A DNA stretch of 64,000 bases from Selaginella moellendorffii (lineage: Eukaryota; Plantae; Lycopodiophyta). Position numbers and translations under genes: made by a program. The notes beneath the pieces were generated by a model, which had not been told where the DNA came from, did not search any database, and was given only the letters and a program-made list of their open reading frames with translations. The first letter of the stretch is position 1. Every line of letters starts with the position of its first letter. This document shows positions 1 through 12,493 of the stretch, in pieces. The stretch is from assembly GCF_000143415.4 (NCBI RefSeq), contig NW_003314416.1, forward strand, positions 213,981-277,980. Reading direction: 5' to 3'.

Positions 1-198
1 GGGGTGTTGATCATGGGATCGGACACGTGGAGCACTTGGACCAAGTGCTAAGGTTGAGTGGCATGGATGCCATTCTCGGGGCTAGCAAGCCCCAAGTCCT
101 GAGTTGGACTTATGGAGGTTGTGAATGAGACTCCTCCAAGTGGTCGGAGGTGTGGTTAAGTGACTAAAGTATAATGGAAAATTTAGTCGCTTACAACT

Positions 199-210
199 TG
201 GTATCGGAGC
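199..210 (+). promoter_or_regulatory. Primer-binding site (initiator tRNA-Met type)
   Basis: TGGTATCGGAGC 3 nt after the LTR end; one mismatch to the canonical plant iMet PBS TGGTATCAGAGC. Confidence 0.9.
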
Positions 211-3200
211 TGTTCCTTAGTCCAACTTTTATTGGTGCTCAAGTATATCACCACTAGTGTTGGCATCGAAAGGTCCGAGGAGTGGGCCTATCCTTGAGGA
301 GTAGCAAGTCGGGAAGACATAGCTCTCCATTACAGTTCATGTGTGAACTTGTAGACGAGGTGGTGGATAGAAAAGGGCCAATAATGGAACGACTTTGGGA
401 TCTTGGGAACAATGCAAGGTTTTCCTCATTGAGTTGAGGGTGTGATCCGGATGAGCATTTGTCTCAGCAAATTGGCTAAGGTTGTTGTGGTAAACAACTA
501 AAGTTGGGATCACGGGAAAGATAGAGACTCCAAAACAATAAAGGAGTCACAAGATTATCCTCATAAAGTTGAGGTTGGTGCTCATGAATGTGAGACCAGA
601 GGTAATGACCGTGGGAGGTCAAATACGAAAGAGGACTCAAGTCCTTGAAATGGTAGCCGGGGCTACCTTTAATAAATGCTGGAACAACCCAAGGAGTTGG
701 GGGGTGTACTTAGAGATGAGTGGTATTCTCATCGCATGGACAAGTAGTCCTAAGGGGCAAAAGTTGCCCCCAGAGAACAAAATCAAGTGTCGGAGTAACA
801 CTTGTGAAAATAGTCCTTTTGAGTAGGATAGGAATGCAAGAAGTGTATTCCAGTGAGCTAGTGCCTCACAAGTAGAACCTTAAGGGTCTGTGGATTAACC
901 AAGTCCAAAACTGCTGATGACTCAAGTAGAGTCAAGGGATGGTCCTAAAAGGACTGATGGAAGCATTTGGATTGAGGTGTGTTGTACCCCACAAAGGATG
1001 GGGGGGGATCATAGGATCCAAGGATGAGAACAGAGGGTATCTCATCGATGGCAAAATGTGCCATGTTAAAGTTATGGGAAATGTGTTCCCAGAAGAAAAC
1101 AACTTTGACACAAAGTTGTGTGTGACCTCTATGGTGCAATGCTAATGGATGGTTGGCATGAGAAAGAGCGGTGTTGGTCTTGGCAAAGACATAAACACGA
1201 AGGGGAAGTGTCATAGAGGTAGGCTCGTGGAGCCGATGGTGTGGAGACACCAAATGTGCCAAGATGTGATACCTTGAGGCTATGTTGGTGGGTTCATGAG
1301 AACCCCTTGCCAAAGGAATCCCAATGGAAATGGGAATGGCATAGCCTAAGCTGCAGAGCATGCAGTTGGAGTGTGGTGACCCAAATAATGATGGAGGTGT
1401 GAAAGCACCAAGCAATGAGTTGTAGGACTTGACAACTATGAGGCAACTAAGCAAAAGGTGCAAAATAACTGGTTAAACGGGTAGAAGGTAGCTGCCCAAG
1501 ACTTCTTAATAGCATAGGGAAGTCAGACATACCCTTACGGGGGATAAGTTGCTTGTGTTGCGATATAGTAAGTCAATGTCATAAAAGGGAATACTCATTG
1601 TCAAGAAAGCCATCATTGGGACACCCGAACACTCTAGAACACCAGAAGATGGTGTTTGATGTCGCGAGGGCAATGGATAAAGCCCAAGGGACTAAGTCCC
1701 TAGCGAATGATGGATAGAAGGTGCTATCCAAATGTCCAAGGTTGCGGAGACAGGAGAGGACTGTCTACCCGAGTTGGACAAAGCCAAAAATGGAATTTTG
1801 GCAAGGCTAGTGATGGGCATGTAAAAGCCTATAAGCAACAATGTAATCCCAGTGTGTGGGATTATAAGGTGAGCATACCCGGATTGAGGAACCACTCCCT
1901 GGGCTATTTGGTAGGTTCATCCCTAAGAATACTTGCTAAGGCATGATAGAAAGTGCAAAGCTATCCTCCTGGTCTGGAGGAGAATGACCGAAGGAAAGGT
2001 GTGAAGCCAAAAGTAAGAAGTAAGGGGATGGAACCGAACCATAGGAATCGAAGGGCATAACCAAGGTTGGTTATGCCAGCTGGGAGTGGAGAATCAAGTG
2101 GGGGCTCGAGGGTGTTGCCACTAGCAACCGGGATGCCATGGAGAGTCTAAAATATAGAATTGTCCATGTTAGACTATGTGGCAATTGGAAAGCTTGCAAA
2201 AAGGGAGGCCTTAGCAAGCTAAGGGACAAAGTTCCTTCAAGGTTCCCGAAGACGATTCTAGGTAGCTTAGTACCTAGAAAGGCCAAGTGTAAATGGTTCA
2301 TAGAACGCGCGAAATCAGAGTGGCGCAGCAGAAGCGTGGTCTTGAAGCTTGCCATGAGGCAAGGCTGTCAAGGTTAGGGAAGTAGTTCCCGAGTGTTCAA
2401 AGAGAAGGCTTTGAACGAAAGTCGATGGTTAAGGACTTTCACGCTTGTGCAGGAACCATGTTACAGTGGTCGGAGGACTTGCCAAAGCGAGATTGGCAAG
2501 TCAGGGGAACGAATACCCTAGTTGAAGGTGCTAACTTCGAAAGGGTGGCCCAGGGGGCCAAGCATGGAGGAGTCCATGCATGATCACAAACATGTCAAGT
2601 GAGAGGACTTGGCAGTGTGGAGGAACTAGGTTCCTAAGCTGTGATCTGTAGCGCGCTTTAAAAATAAGTTGGTGCACCGGCGTGGGGAGTCACGCCAGGC
2701 ATCTTGTGTGATGCTGTCCGTAGATGCATATACGGAGGTTGGGTTCGAGTCCCGACCCTCTAGTGCTTGGGTTCGAGTCCCAAATCACTAGGGCGTGGTG
2801 ATGGTTTGGAATATGAGGACACTCATATTTCGGTGGTCATGGACTCTCAGTGTGGAGACTGGTTTGGGCACACCGCCAAGCGAGGGATGCCTCGGAGTCG
2901 TGATGCATGGTTAGATTGCTTTGTATGGCTCAGCATATCTAACTTGAACACTTTGGTGCAAGTGGCACCAAGGACATGGTGAATGAGATGGGGACACCCA
3001 GCCTTAGTTGCTATGGACCCTTGGCCGGAAGGGCTGGCTTGGGCGCACCGCCAAGTGTGGGGGATGCCCCCGGGGTTGTAGTTAACAAGTTAAAGGTCGG
3101 GAAGACCTAGTATCTATTGGCAAACCTGTTAAGGTGCCGAGGTGAGATCACTAGGTGATCTTGTGGCTAAATAAGGACAAGGTCCTTGTTTGGACTAAGG

Positions 3201-4109
3201 AATAAGGTTCCTAGTTCAAAGTGTTGATTTGAACTATTGATGATGGTGTGGCTTGGTCAAGGTGACCAAGTGGGAAAAGCACCTTAGGTAAATGAGCTAT
3301 GTCATTGCGATGGCATAGTGTGTCCAAAGAAAGTAGTCTCTAAAGAGACCCATGGGAGGGTCACAAAGTTGGGCCGTGGATAGAGCCCACAGCAGAAGAT
3401 GCTAAAAGAGACTTACTAGGGGTGAACACCCTAGTCTTGGCAAAGCAGAGTCTTTGCTATGGAATCAAAAGAATACCTCAAGGAGGGAGGTAGAGATTCG
3501 ATGTTGCTTGGTGCAACAATCAACGGATAGGAGCAAAAGATGAGTGGCCAAGATAGGGCCGTGGAATCCCTTGGAAGGAATCCAAGTGACAAAGTTAGGC
3601 GAGGAACACTAATGTGTTGGACGCTAACAAATTGCGGAAAAGGAAGTGTGTTTCCAAGGATGAATTCCGAATTGCTCTAATTTGGCGAAAGTGGAAGCTC
3701 CAAGGGAGGGAGTGGTAAGGTAGCCAAATGATAGGGTCATGGACAGCCCTAGCACAAAGTATGATAAATGGAACTTAGTGCCCAAGGTGGCACGAAATAG
3801 AAGAGAGGATGATGGTGCCCTCAAGTAATGAGCTTCCTAGGATGGGGAGGTGGAGTTGCACAATCTGTGCAATACAAGGTGTTGGAGACACCTAGGAAAT
3901 TGACTTCCAAAAGTCAAAAGAGTAAAAGTTCCAAGATGCAAACGTTCAATAGATGGAAATTGAGACTACTCGAGAAGGAGTAGTGCGATTGACTTAAAGA
4001 AGGGTCTCTAAGAGGTTTAGCGAGAACTAAACCAATAAAAGGAGAGCACCACTACATGTGGTCCAATCAGTCTCTAAGTTGGAGAGACTACCCTCCTTAG
4101 AGGATAGGC

Positions 4110-4240
4110 AAGGCATGGTGAGCCTTTGGTGTCAACCCATTGAGGCATATGCAAAAGGCATGGTGAGCCTTCAATGTCAAACCATTGACGAATATGGAGA
4201 AGGCATGGTGAGCCTTCAATGTCAAACCATTGACAAATAT
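4110..4240 (+). repeat. ~45-bp tandem repeat, about 3 units
   Basis: AGGCATGGTGAGCCTT..TGTCAA.CCATTGA recurs at ~4111, ~4157 and ~4201. Confidence 0.85.
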
Positions 4241-4344
4241 TGGCTAGGTGCCAAGGATGGAAATGGTAACACATGCGAGTGTTACTTTACAAAATGGTTT
4301 ACCGTTCGATGAGGACATCGAACTTCGTCTATGGGTGGTGGAGT

Positions 4345-6255
4345 TGTGAGACACAAAATCCCTAGGCCCCAAAGTGGAGCCGGAAGGGCACCACGTGGTA
4401 GTGGCCGAAGCGAGAGCCAAACGAGCGTAACACGTTTGGACCAAAAGCTCCGACTTGAAAAGTCAAGAGCGGGAGTGGAACTCCCAACGAAGTGCTCGAG
4501 GAATGAGCACGAAGCGAGCCATAGGCGAGGCTCCAAAAAGGGACCCAAAAAGGACCAACACATGACACGTGGAAGTGTCCGAGATGGACCCGAGTTGGGG
4601 TCCGAAGTGGAGTCCGAGATGGACCTGAGATGGAGTCCGAGATGGAGTCCGAGATGGACCCGAGATGGAGTCCGAGATGGAGTCCGAGAAGGAGTCCGAG
4701 ATGCACCGAGACGGAGTCCGATATGGAGTCCGAGATGGACCTGAGATGGGGTCCGAGATGGAGTCCGAGATGGAGTCCGAAGTGGAGTCCGAGATGGACC
4801 CGAGATGGAGTCCGAGATGGAGTCCGAGATGGACCCGAGATGGAGTCCGAGATGGAGTCCGAGAAGGAGTCCGAGATGGACCGAGACGGAGTCCGATATG
4901 GAGTCCGAGATGGACCCGAGATGGGGTCCGAGATGGAGTCCGAGATGGAGTCCGATATGGAGTCCGAGATAGACCCGAGATGGGGTCTGAGATGGAGTCC
5001 GAGATGGACCGAGACGGAGTCCGATATGGAGTCCGAGATGGACCCGAGATGGGACCCGAGATGGAGTCCGAGATGGAACCGAAACCGAGACCGAGATGGA
5101 ACCGAAACCGAGACCGAGACCGAGGCCGAGACCGAGACCGAGACCGAGTCCGAGTCCGAAACCGGGACCGAGACCGAGTCCGAGTCCAAGTTCGAGCCCG
5201 AGTCCGAGTCCGAATACTAATACAGGCAGTTGGGTGAAAGCCCAAAGCGATCGTCCCCCAGGGGTGGGGGGGCTGCGGGGGGTTCCAAAAGTATAGTAGG
5301 GAGAGTGTGGGGGTTGGAGCCCAGTGGAGCCAGTTTGGCCAGGAAGGGCCAGTTTGGCCCAGGAAGGACCAGTTTGGTCCAGGGAGGCCATACCCAGTGT
5401 TGGGTGATGAATTGACCACTGGGAAGTCCAAGACTAGAGTGAATACGGACCGACAAGCGGGGTAGCTTGGGGAAGTGTTCAAGAGCCGGCTCTAGTTCCC
5501 CGGGAGATCGACTAGCCGATGCTCCCAGTCCAAGTGTGGGTGGCACTACCTACTTGGATACCTGGCGCGGCTCAACGGAACCTCGCTCTAAGCCCATGGC
5601 TAGAGCACCCAAAGGCGGAAGGCGGGGAGAGTACCCATGAGGCCTGCGTAGGGCCACGGTGTTCTGAAATGGTGTCCCAAAGTCCCAGATTGTGGAAAGG
5701 AAGAGGAGTAGCCTCTGGTGTGGTGACCAAGGACACAGTCACATGGTGAAGAAGTCCCAGAGGATAGTGGGACTTAGTGGTCGGGCCGGTGGGCCTTGAT
5801 CCAGTGGCAGTGTTGGCGAACACAGCCATGGACAGAAAGGAACTTGGTGGGGACCGGAATAGAGATATTGGGGAAGGCTATTCCCCATGTCTGTAGGCAT
5901 CCTAAGGATGTCAAGGAGTGGATCTGGGATGATCACTCATGGATGGATGACCCAGTCTTTGAGAGACGGGATTGGAATGCAGGTGGTGTTGGACCACCAG
6001 TGTGACCAAGGTAAATGGGCATGGCCTTAGCGTAACGGGCCGATACGTCGGTGGTACCTTGGGGTGTCGATCATGGGATCGGACACGTGGAGCACTTGGA
6101 CCAAGTGCTAAGGTTGAGTGGCATGGATGCCATTCTCGGGGCTAGCAAGCCCCAAGTCCTGAGTTGGACTTATGGAGGTTGTGAATGAGACTCCTCCAAG
6201 TGGTCGGAGGTGTGGTTAAGTGACTAAAGTAGAATGGAAAATTTAGTCGCTTACA
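4345..6255 (+). repeat. 3' LTR of LARD-like element (~1.9 kb)
   Basis: TGTGAGACAC...GTCGCTTACA; homologous to 21867-23426 and, inverted, to 24631-26406. Confidence 0.92.
4579..5215 (+). repeat. Intra-LTR minisatellite (12-bp GAGATGGAGTCC / 6-bp GAGACC units)
   Basis: Dozens of GAGATGGA[G/C][T/C]CC units; generates spurious low-complexity ORFs in all frames. Confidence 0.95.
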
Positions 6256-7520
6256 GTGAGGCCTCATGCCATTCCGACGAGGCTGGTCGCCCGGTGAATG
6301 CACAGCGTCATCCAAACGAAGCAGAATCTCAAGGAAGTTCTTGCGGCCGATGTGGCCTTCCACCCCATCTTCTGCTCCAAACAGACAATGCTGGCAGTGA
6401 GAACAAAAACATGTATGTCTTCGCATACTTGGTGATGCTTGTTGCCAAAGGCATATTTGAAACGGTTACACTTGGCTTTCTCATGGTTGGGCACACTCAT
6501 GAAGACGTCGATGCCATGTTCAGTCACCTGGCAGAGTCCCTCCGGCGATCCAATATCCTCACCCTCCCACAACTCTACGATGAATTCCAAAATTGCATCA
6601 AAGGCACTGTTGAAGCTGCACTTGTGACAGAGGTTCCAGACTTTAAGGGGTTTGTAAGAGGCTACATCAGGGACGGATCCGAAACGCTGATTGGCCACTC
6701 CAAGCCTCTTCAGTTTCATTTCAGCATGCGTGACGGTGCTCCAGTGATGAGGTACAAGATGAGAGAATGGGACACAGTGTGGCTGCCAGTGGACGGCATT
6801 GAACTCTTCAAGAGAGATCCCATAACTGGGGAACCTATGATTCCTCAGGGTTCCCCACGGCCGATGCACCTGGATGGACTGAAAGACCAGGAAAGTATAG
6901 TGGCCGGGATTAGACAGCATATTGCCTTCTAGAAGAGGGGGTTGGTGTTTGGTGGAGAATCCTATTTTCAGAGGTGCAAGCCTTTGATCGAATACTGGGA
7001 GAAGATTATATCTGCTATCCAAAATGGGCCTGTTGTATATGAAGAATTGGAAGAGTCCTTTTGGCCAGAACCCAGAGCACCAGATAGTAGCGGAACAATG
7101 TCCTCTGGAAATGCAGTGATAGATAACGATGTTGAGGATCACTATTGTGGGCCGAGGAACAAGAAGCCGGATTCAGCATTCAATCCAGTACAGGTCTGCA
7201 AAGGAATGGTCGTGCTTGTCAGACCCAGTAATAAAAAACAAATGATATGGGTGGGGCGCTGCATCACTGATGCAGAGGAGGACGCGGAAACTAACTCCTT
7301 CAATGTAACTGTGGAGTGGTTCAAGCCAAGTTCCGGATATACGAAGGATTGCCTAGAAAAGAGATGGGTGCTGAATCCAAGGGATCCCAGCATGAGCATA
7401 TCGGTGGATAATGTTGTGCATGGTTGGATGCGGAAGCAGAGTGCCACCATCACCTTGCCAGACCATGCAAGAGATGCAGCAAGAGCATTCATAACCCGGG
7501 TTCAAGGTGAGATTCATTAA
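6256..7520 (+). pseudogene. DDD transposase catalytic and C-terminal region with a premature stop
   Basis: LQTDNAGSENKN..FLMVGHTHEDVDAMFS motif. TAG at 6930-6932 is TGG (Trp) in copy 3 (62803-63912). Probable GT donor at ~7508 with short downstream exons. Confidence 0.8.
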
Positions 7521-9153
7521 TATTCCTTTACTAAGTTTCTAATGTATTTTATTTCAAGGTGAACAATCCGAATCTGAATAAGAGGAGGTGTGATGGCATG
7601 TGGCCTTACGCCATTCCTAGGTGAGATGATACAAATAACAAGTATAAATTCTTAGTTGTTCTAGCAAATCTTACTTAAAGTTCAAGGTGAACAAGCCGAA
7701 TATGAATTCATCGGATTGTTATAACAAATTGCGAGGTGATGGCATGAGGCGATACGCCATTTGAAAGTGGTAGCCATTCCTATATGAGGTGAGTGAAATA
7801 TTTATTAGAAATACCTCATTCAATTGTGCACTTCTAAGTCTTGGTCCACTCAGTACTATTTGCATGTTTCTATTTTAATTCTTTCTCTAAAATGTTATTT
7901 AGCATGTGGCTTCATGCCATTGCTCTCCACAATCATGCATTGAATTTTTCTATACTTCTCCATATATATAGCATGTGCGCACATGTGATATGGTTCATTA
8001 GGCCTGATATAGTGTGTGAGGTAAAACAAAGATGATGTGACATATGCATTTACCAATCACACGTGCATAAATCTAATAATATGGCGTGTGGCCCATATTA
8101 ATGGCACATAAACCCATATTGTGGGCTTACGTGCTTTATGTACCATCATTCCCTTGCAGCGTGTGTGTTGGTTTCCTTTTATAACACAACGAACTCCATA
8201 TTTTAGGGTGAAGAGCGTTCTCATGGCAAGCACAAAATCTGTAAGTGAGGCAGAAAAAGGAGACGGAGAAGGAGATAGGTGAAGATGTAGAATATATAAG
8301 TCTTCCAAACTCCCCGTACTATACTCCAGGTGATCATTTTTCTGAACAAACGGCAACATTAACAACTATCGAGAACGCCCCAGTAACGTCAGAGACAACA
8401 ATCCAAAGCAAAACAACTGACCCGGAGAAGGATGATAGTACCGCTGAGAGTACCAAAAAGGAGGTGTCCACTAGCGCTTAGGCTTATAATGGCGTGTGCC
8501 CTCATGCCATTTACTTGATCACCAAATACCTTTTTCCCTTTGCACTAGTATATCTTAATACCGGTCTGAGAAATAGAATGGCATGTGCCCTCAGGCCTTT
8601 TACTAAATCACCTTTGAAAGAAATGCAAGCCTCTATGTCGTAAAAAAAAGGTACTTAATTCCTTAAGAGAGAAATTCCTTAATAATATGAATGTTATTTA
8701 GTTTCATGAAAATGCACTAAGGGTCAAATGAGTTAAATGACTTCTCCAGACTAGCAATGCCTCTTGCTACACCTTCACAATTAGATTCGTTAGAAAAAGA
8801 TAACATTGAATAATATCTAAATGTTCTCACCATTAAGTTATATGTCTGGCTAATAGGAATGACGTTCATTTTGGAAAGCTCACCACACGCTCAATGAACA
8901 AACAAATAGTGTGTGCGCGCATGCCATCGCTCTTCTTTAGCTTCAGATTCGGCTTGTTCACCTTGACAATGAGATTTATTATACAACCAGATGGACTCAG
9001 TCTGGACACAAAGTCACCGCGCTAGTCACCATGCCCCAGATATGTCTAGCCCCTGGACAAAAAACATATAATTTCACGTCATTTTCAAATACTTGAAAAT
9101 TTGTACCTAGTCCCATTTTACTGAATAAATCCAACTTTAACGAAATAGAGCAT
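6256..9153 (+). mobile_element. Sola/DUF7869-like DNA transposon copy 1, right portion (left part lies upstream of the LARD insertion, outside the window)
   Basis: Transposase C-terminal half, then a right end ..TCCAACTTTAACGAAATAGAGCAT matching the TIR at 52762-52785. Gypsy pol resumes immediately at 9154 (TCTTGGAGGTGTG, compare 14229). Confidence 0.85.
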
Positions 9154-11215
9154 TCTTGGAGGTGTGTTGATGCAAGAGAGCTCGAGTGTGCCTGGTCAAC
9201 GCCATCCTATTGCGTATATAAGCCATACATTACAACCAGCAGAGATGAACTACTCCACGACGAAGAAGGAGTGTTTAGCAGCAGTTTGGGGTTTCGAGAA
9301 ACTTCATGCATATTTACATGGTTCTCGGACATTACTTGAAGGTGACCATGCTACTGTTACTTCATTATTGAAGCGGAAGTACCTGGTTGGTCGTACTGCT
9401 CGGTGGGCTTTAAAGCTTCAGATATATGATTTTGATGTTGTTCATCGCCCAGGGAGTTCTATGGCTGATGCTGATGCCCTTTCTCGAGCTCCTCTTCCTT
9501 CTTCACTCACTTCTCATGTTTCTGACGAGCCTGTTGTTCCAACATCTGTGGATTTTCTACACGAGGATTCTGTGCCGTTGGCGGTTGCTGTCCTTGACGT
9601 TCAGTGTCCACAAGGCGTAGAGCAAGATCTACCTTCTCTTGATGATGTTCGCGAGGCTCAAAAGATTGAGCCGTGGATTCAAAGGGTTCGAAATGGGTTT
9701 GAGAATCCTGCATCACTTGCTGATGACTTGCCTTTCTGGCATTTACATTCTCAATATCGCCTTGAAGATGGCCTTCTTTATTTTGTGGGGACGGATCCTG
9801 TGGATCATTTACGGCTGGTGGTGCCTTCTGTCTTTATTCCGCAGCATCTCCGGCCAATCATGGTAGGCATGGACCATGATTCTCCTGTTCTAGGTGGGCA
9901 TATGGGACACCGTCGTGTAACCGAGAAGCTGCGCAGTTCTTTTTATTAGCTGGAGATGCGACGTGATGTTATCCGGTATGTGCGTAGCTGCATTTGGTGC
10001 CAAGCTCGTAATACTCCCCCTCGTGCTGCGGAAGGACAGTTGGAGTCAATTGCGGTTTCCCGTCCATTTGAGTTGGTGGCGTTTGATCTTATGGGACCTT
10101 TTCCACGGTCGACTACTGGCAATGAGTATGTTATTATTGCTTCTGACTACTTGACTCGTTGGGTGGAAGTTGGTGCTCTTGCTAGCGCCTCTGCAACTGC
10201 TGTTGGCTACTTCCTCCTCAATCGAGTGGTGTTCCAGCATTCTTGTCCAGAGCGGATTCTTTCGGATAATGATCCCGCATTTATGGCTGAGGTATTTCAT
10301 GTTTTGACGTCTCGGTTGGGGATACGCCACACTTTCACGAGTGCTTATCATTCACAATCAGACGGTCTGGTGGAGCGGCTCGTTCGGACATTCAAAGGGA
10401 TGATTGCGAAGTATGTGAACTTTCAGCATTCAGATTGGGATGGTTATTTGCCGTCTTTTCAGTATGCATATGTCACGGGGGTGCAAAGTTCTGTTGGTGC
10501 TTCACCATATAAACTCCTATATGGTCATAATCCAATATTACCAACGGAGCTGGGTTTACCTTCGCGATTGCCGCGAGCTGCCGATGCTAGGTCGTGGGAT
10601 CAGTATTTGACGAGCATTCTTCCACTAGTCCGAGCAGAGTCTGCCGAACACTTAGGCCGCATACAAGTAGGACAACAACGGCGCTATAACTCTCATCATC
10701 GTCCACCTGCGGAGTACAAAGTGGATGATTTGGTGTTAGTCCGTTTTCCCCATCTTACGGTACGTGGTTTATCTAAGGGACTTCTTGCGCAGTGGAAAAG
10801 ACCGTATCAGGTGTTGCGGCAAGTTGGATCACAAGTTTATGAGGTTCAGCATGACGTTCAGCAGACCGATCCTCCAGAGATTGTGCATGGGCAGCGGCTG
10901 AAACACTTCGTACAAAGGGATCAGGAGCAGTTAATGCCACCTACAGATCCACCAATGCCTCCTCCTAATGTTCCTCCAGATCCCAGCCCATCTACAAGAG
11001 AACCCTGATGGTCTTCCATTATTCCGAGAGGAGAGGATGATGTGAGGGCCAAGTGTACGGTTACGATGCCGTATACTAATATTAGTGTAGTGGGATTTTG
11101 GTAGCCGTCGGATTGGTTTCAATCCGGACCACTCGCTCCTGTATATAAGCTAGGGTTTCTGGGCTAATGGATATGCACATTTCTGTATTCCCTTTCCATA
11201 TTCCATGCACTCACA
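9154..11215 (+). mobile_element. Short-LTR Ty3/Gypsy copy 1 (RNase H-integrase-3' LTR portion)
   Basis: RH (PIAYISHTLQPAEMNYSTT..ECLA), HHCC and rve integrase (GHMG..CIWC; DLMGP; SDND; SDGLVER). In-frame TAG at 9947-9949. PPT GAGAGGAGAGGATGA; LTR 11041-11215. Confidence 0.9.
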
Positions 11216-11438
11216 ATATTAATTTTAATATATGTTTTAAATAATATTGTGAGGGCCAAGTGTACGGCTACGGTGCCGTATAATAATATTAGCGTAGTGG
11301 GATTTTGGTAGCCGTCAGATTGGTTTCAATCCGGACCACATTGGCTTCAATCCGGACCTCTCGCTCCTGTATATAAGCTAGGGTTTTTGGGCTAATTGAT
11401 ATGCACATTTCTCTAATCCCTTTCTATATTCCATGCAT

Positions 11439-11454
11439 TGGTGGAGGTGAGGGG
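11439..11454 (+). promoter_or_regulatory. PBS, tRNA-Ala-like
   Basis: TGGTGGAGGTGAGGGG resembles the complement of the tRNA-Ala 3' end (TGGTGGAGATGCGGGG). Confidence 0.65.
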
Positions 11455-11713
11455 CACCTTTGATTGTCCCTGGGGAGTACTTGGATTTGGGATTTCGATT
11501 TAGATTTAACTTTTGCATCGTCTAGATCTAGCTTTTTCCATTTCCTTTCTTTTTGTTCTTTCCTTTCAGGATTTTGGTTTAGATGTAGCTTTTTGCATTG
11601 TCTAGATCTACCATTTCTTTCCAGCTTTTTGTCATTTCTCTTCTTTTACTCTTTCTTTTTCGTTCATCTTCATGGTCGATCAGCAATCTCCTCCTTTGAC
11701 TCTAGAGTAGTAG

Positions 11714-12493
11714 TTGGTTCAATTGCTTGATGCTATGCGCTTGCAATTGAATAACCAAACTCAATTGATGGCAGCATTCACGGCACATGGTCCAACTCCT
11801 CCTGCTCTTGGTGCCAATCCTCACGTTCGGCCGGAGTTTTTTCGTGGGAATCCTGGGGATGATGTGTACCATTGGTTCGATCACTTCACGGTGATTGCCA
11901 CATATCATTATTGGGATGATGCTCGACGTTTGCGTGAGTTTCCCACGTGTTTCAAAGGGACGGCGTTGCAGTGGTACAATGGATTGAGTGCGGCCACTCA
12001 TGGGGATTGGAGTGTTCTTCCGGACGTCTTCAAACACACCTTCGGACATGCCGACGATTCCGACGATGCCTTCCAACAATTGCATGGTCTTCGCCAAGGG
12101 CCATCTGAGTTGGTGATGCAATTTGGCATTTGTTTCCAAAGTCTTTTGCTTCGTGCGGAGCCTAATATGTCGGAGCGGATCAAGCTAGGAATGTTGTGGC
12201 TAGCACTTTGTCAAGATCTTGTCGGCCTTATGCATGCACTTGCTCCTACAACCCTTGACGATGCTCTTCGCTTGGCACAACGTTATGAAACGTGGCCTCT
12301 TCCACTTCTTGCTGCATGTCCTTCTGCTCCACTTCGTATGAGTGATGGTCCTGTTCCAATGGAGGTTGATGCTGCTACTACTCAAGTCCAACGACAAGGG
12401 CGAGGACGTGGTCGTGGCCGTGATGTTCGTTGCTGGGCGTGTGATGAAGTTGGTCATACTTATCGGCGTTGTCGGCGCTTTCCAGATTGGTGA
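11714..12493 (+). CDS. gag: Gag (retrotrans_gag plus CCHC zinc knuckle)
   Basis: PEFFRGNPGDDVYHWF..FKGTALQWY..LRQGPSE..CWACDEVGHTYRRC. Confidence 0.85.
   Translation: MVQLLDAMRLQLNNQTQLMAAFTAHGPTPPALGANPHVRPEFFRGNPGDDVYHWFDHFTVIATYHYWDDARRLREFPTCFKGTALQWYNGLSAATHGDWSVLPDVFKHTFGHADDSDDAFQQLHGLRQGPSELVMQFGICFQSLLLRAEPNMSERIKLGMLWLALCQDLVGLMHALAPTTLDDALRLAQRYETWPLPLLAACPSAPLRMSDGPVPMEVDAATTQVQRQGRGRGRGRDVRCWACDEVGHTYRRCRRFPDW

Larger units (their letters stand above)
1..6255 (+). mobile_element. Non-autonomous (LARD-like) LTR retrotransposon; 5' LTR cut by window start
   Basis: 1-195 is nearly identical to 6061-6255 (ends TTACA). It is followed by PBS TGGTATCGGAGC and a ~4.1 kb interior with no recognisable gag/pol ORF. 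PPT ATGGGTGGTGGAGT at 4331-4344; 3' LTR TG..CA at 4345-6255. Confidence 0.9.

Noticed and set aside
2741-2783. tRNA gene or tRNA-derived SINE
   Set aside because: Only T-arm-like hairpins; no acceptor, D or anticodon arms and no A-box seen.
569-4312. Short ORFs in the LARD interior
   Set aside because: No gag or pol motifs recognisable and many stops; treated as non-coding.
4579-5215. CRISPR-like array
   Set aside because: Contiguous short tandem units with no unique spacers and no cas genes, in a eukaryotic LTR context.
4282-5482. Long overlapping ORFs (MESEMESE, SRTPSRTP, LGLHLGLH), also at 21757-22559, 25353-26389, 42851-43165 and 49235-49597
   Set aside because: Stop-free translations of the 6/12-bp LTR minisatellite in all frames; no evidence they are real proteins.
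4345-6255. Retrozyme-type hammerhead ribozyme in the non-coding LTR element
   Set aside because: Could not find a CTGANGA..GAAA core with the required stems by eye; an Infernal search would be decisive.
6264-7492. Antisense ORFs to the transposase, pol and LINE genes
   Set aside because: Shadow ORFs of real coding frames with no independent motifs.
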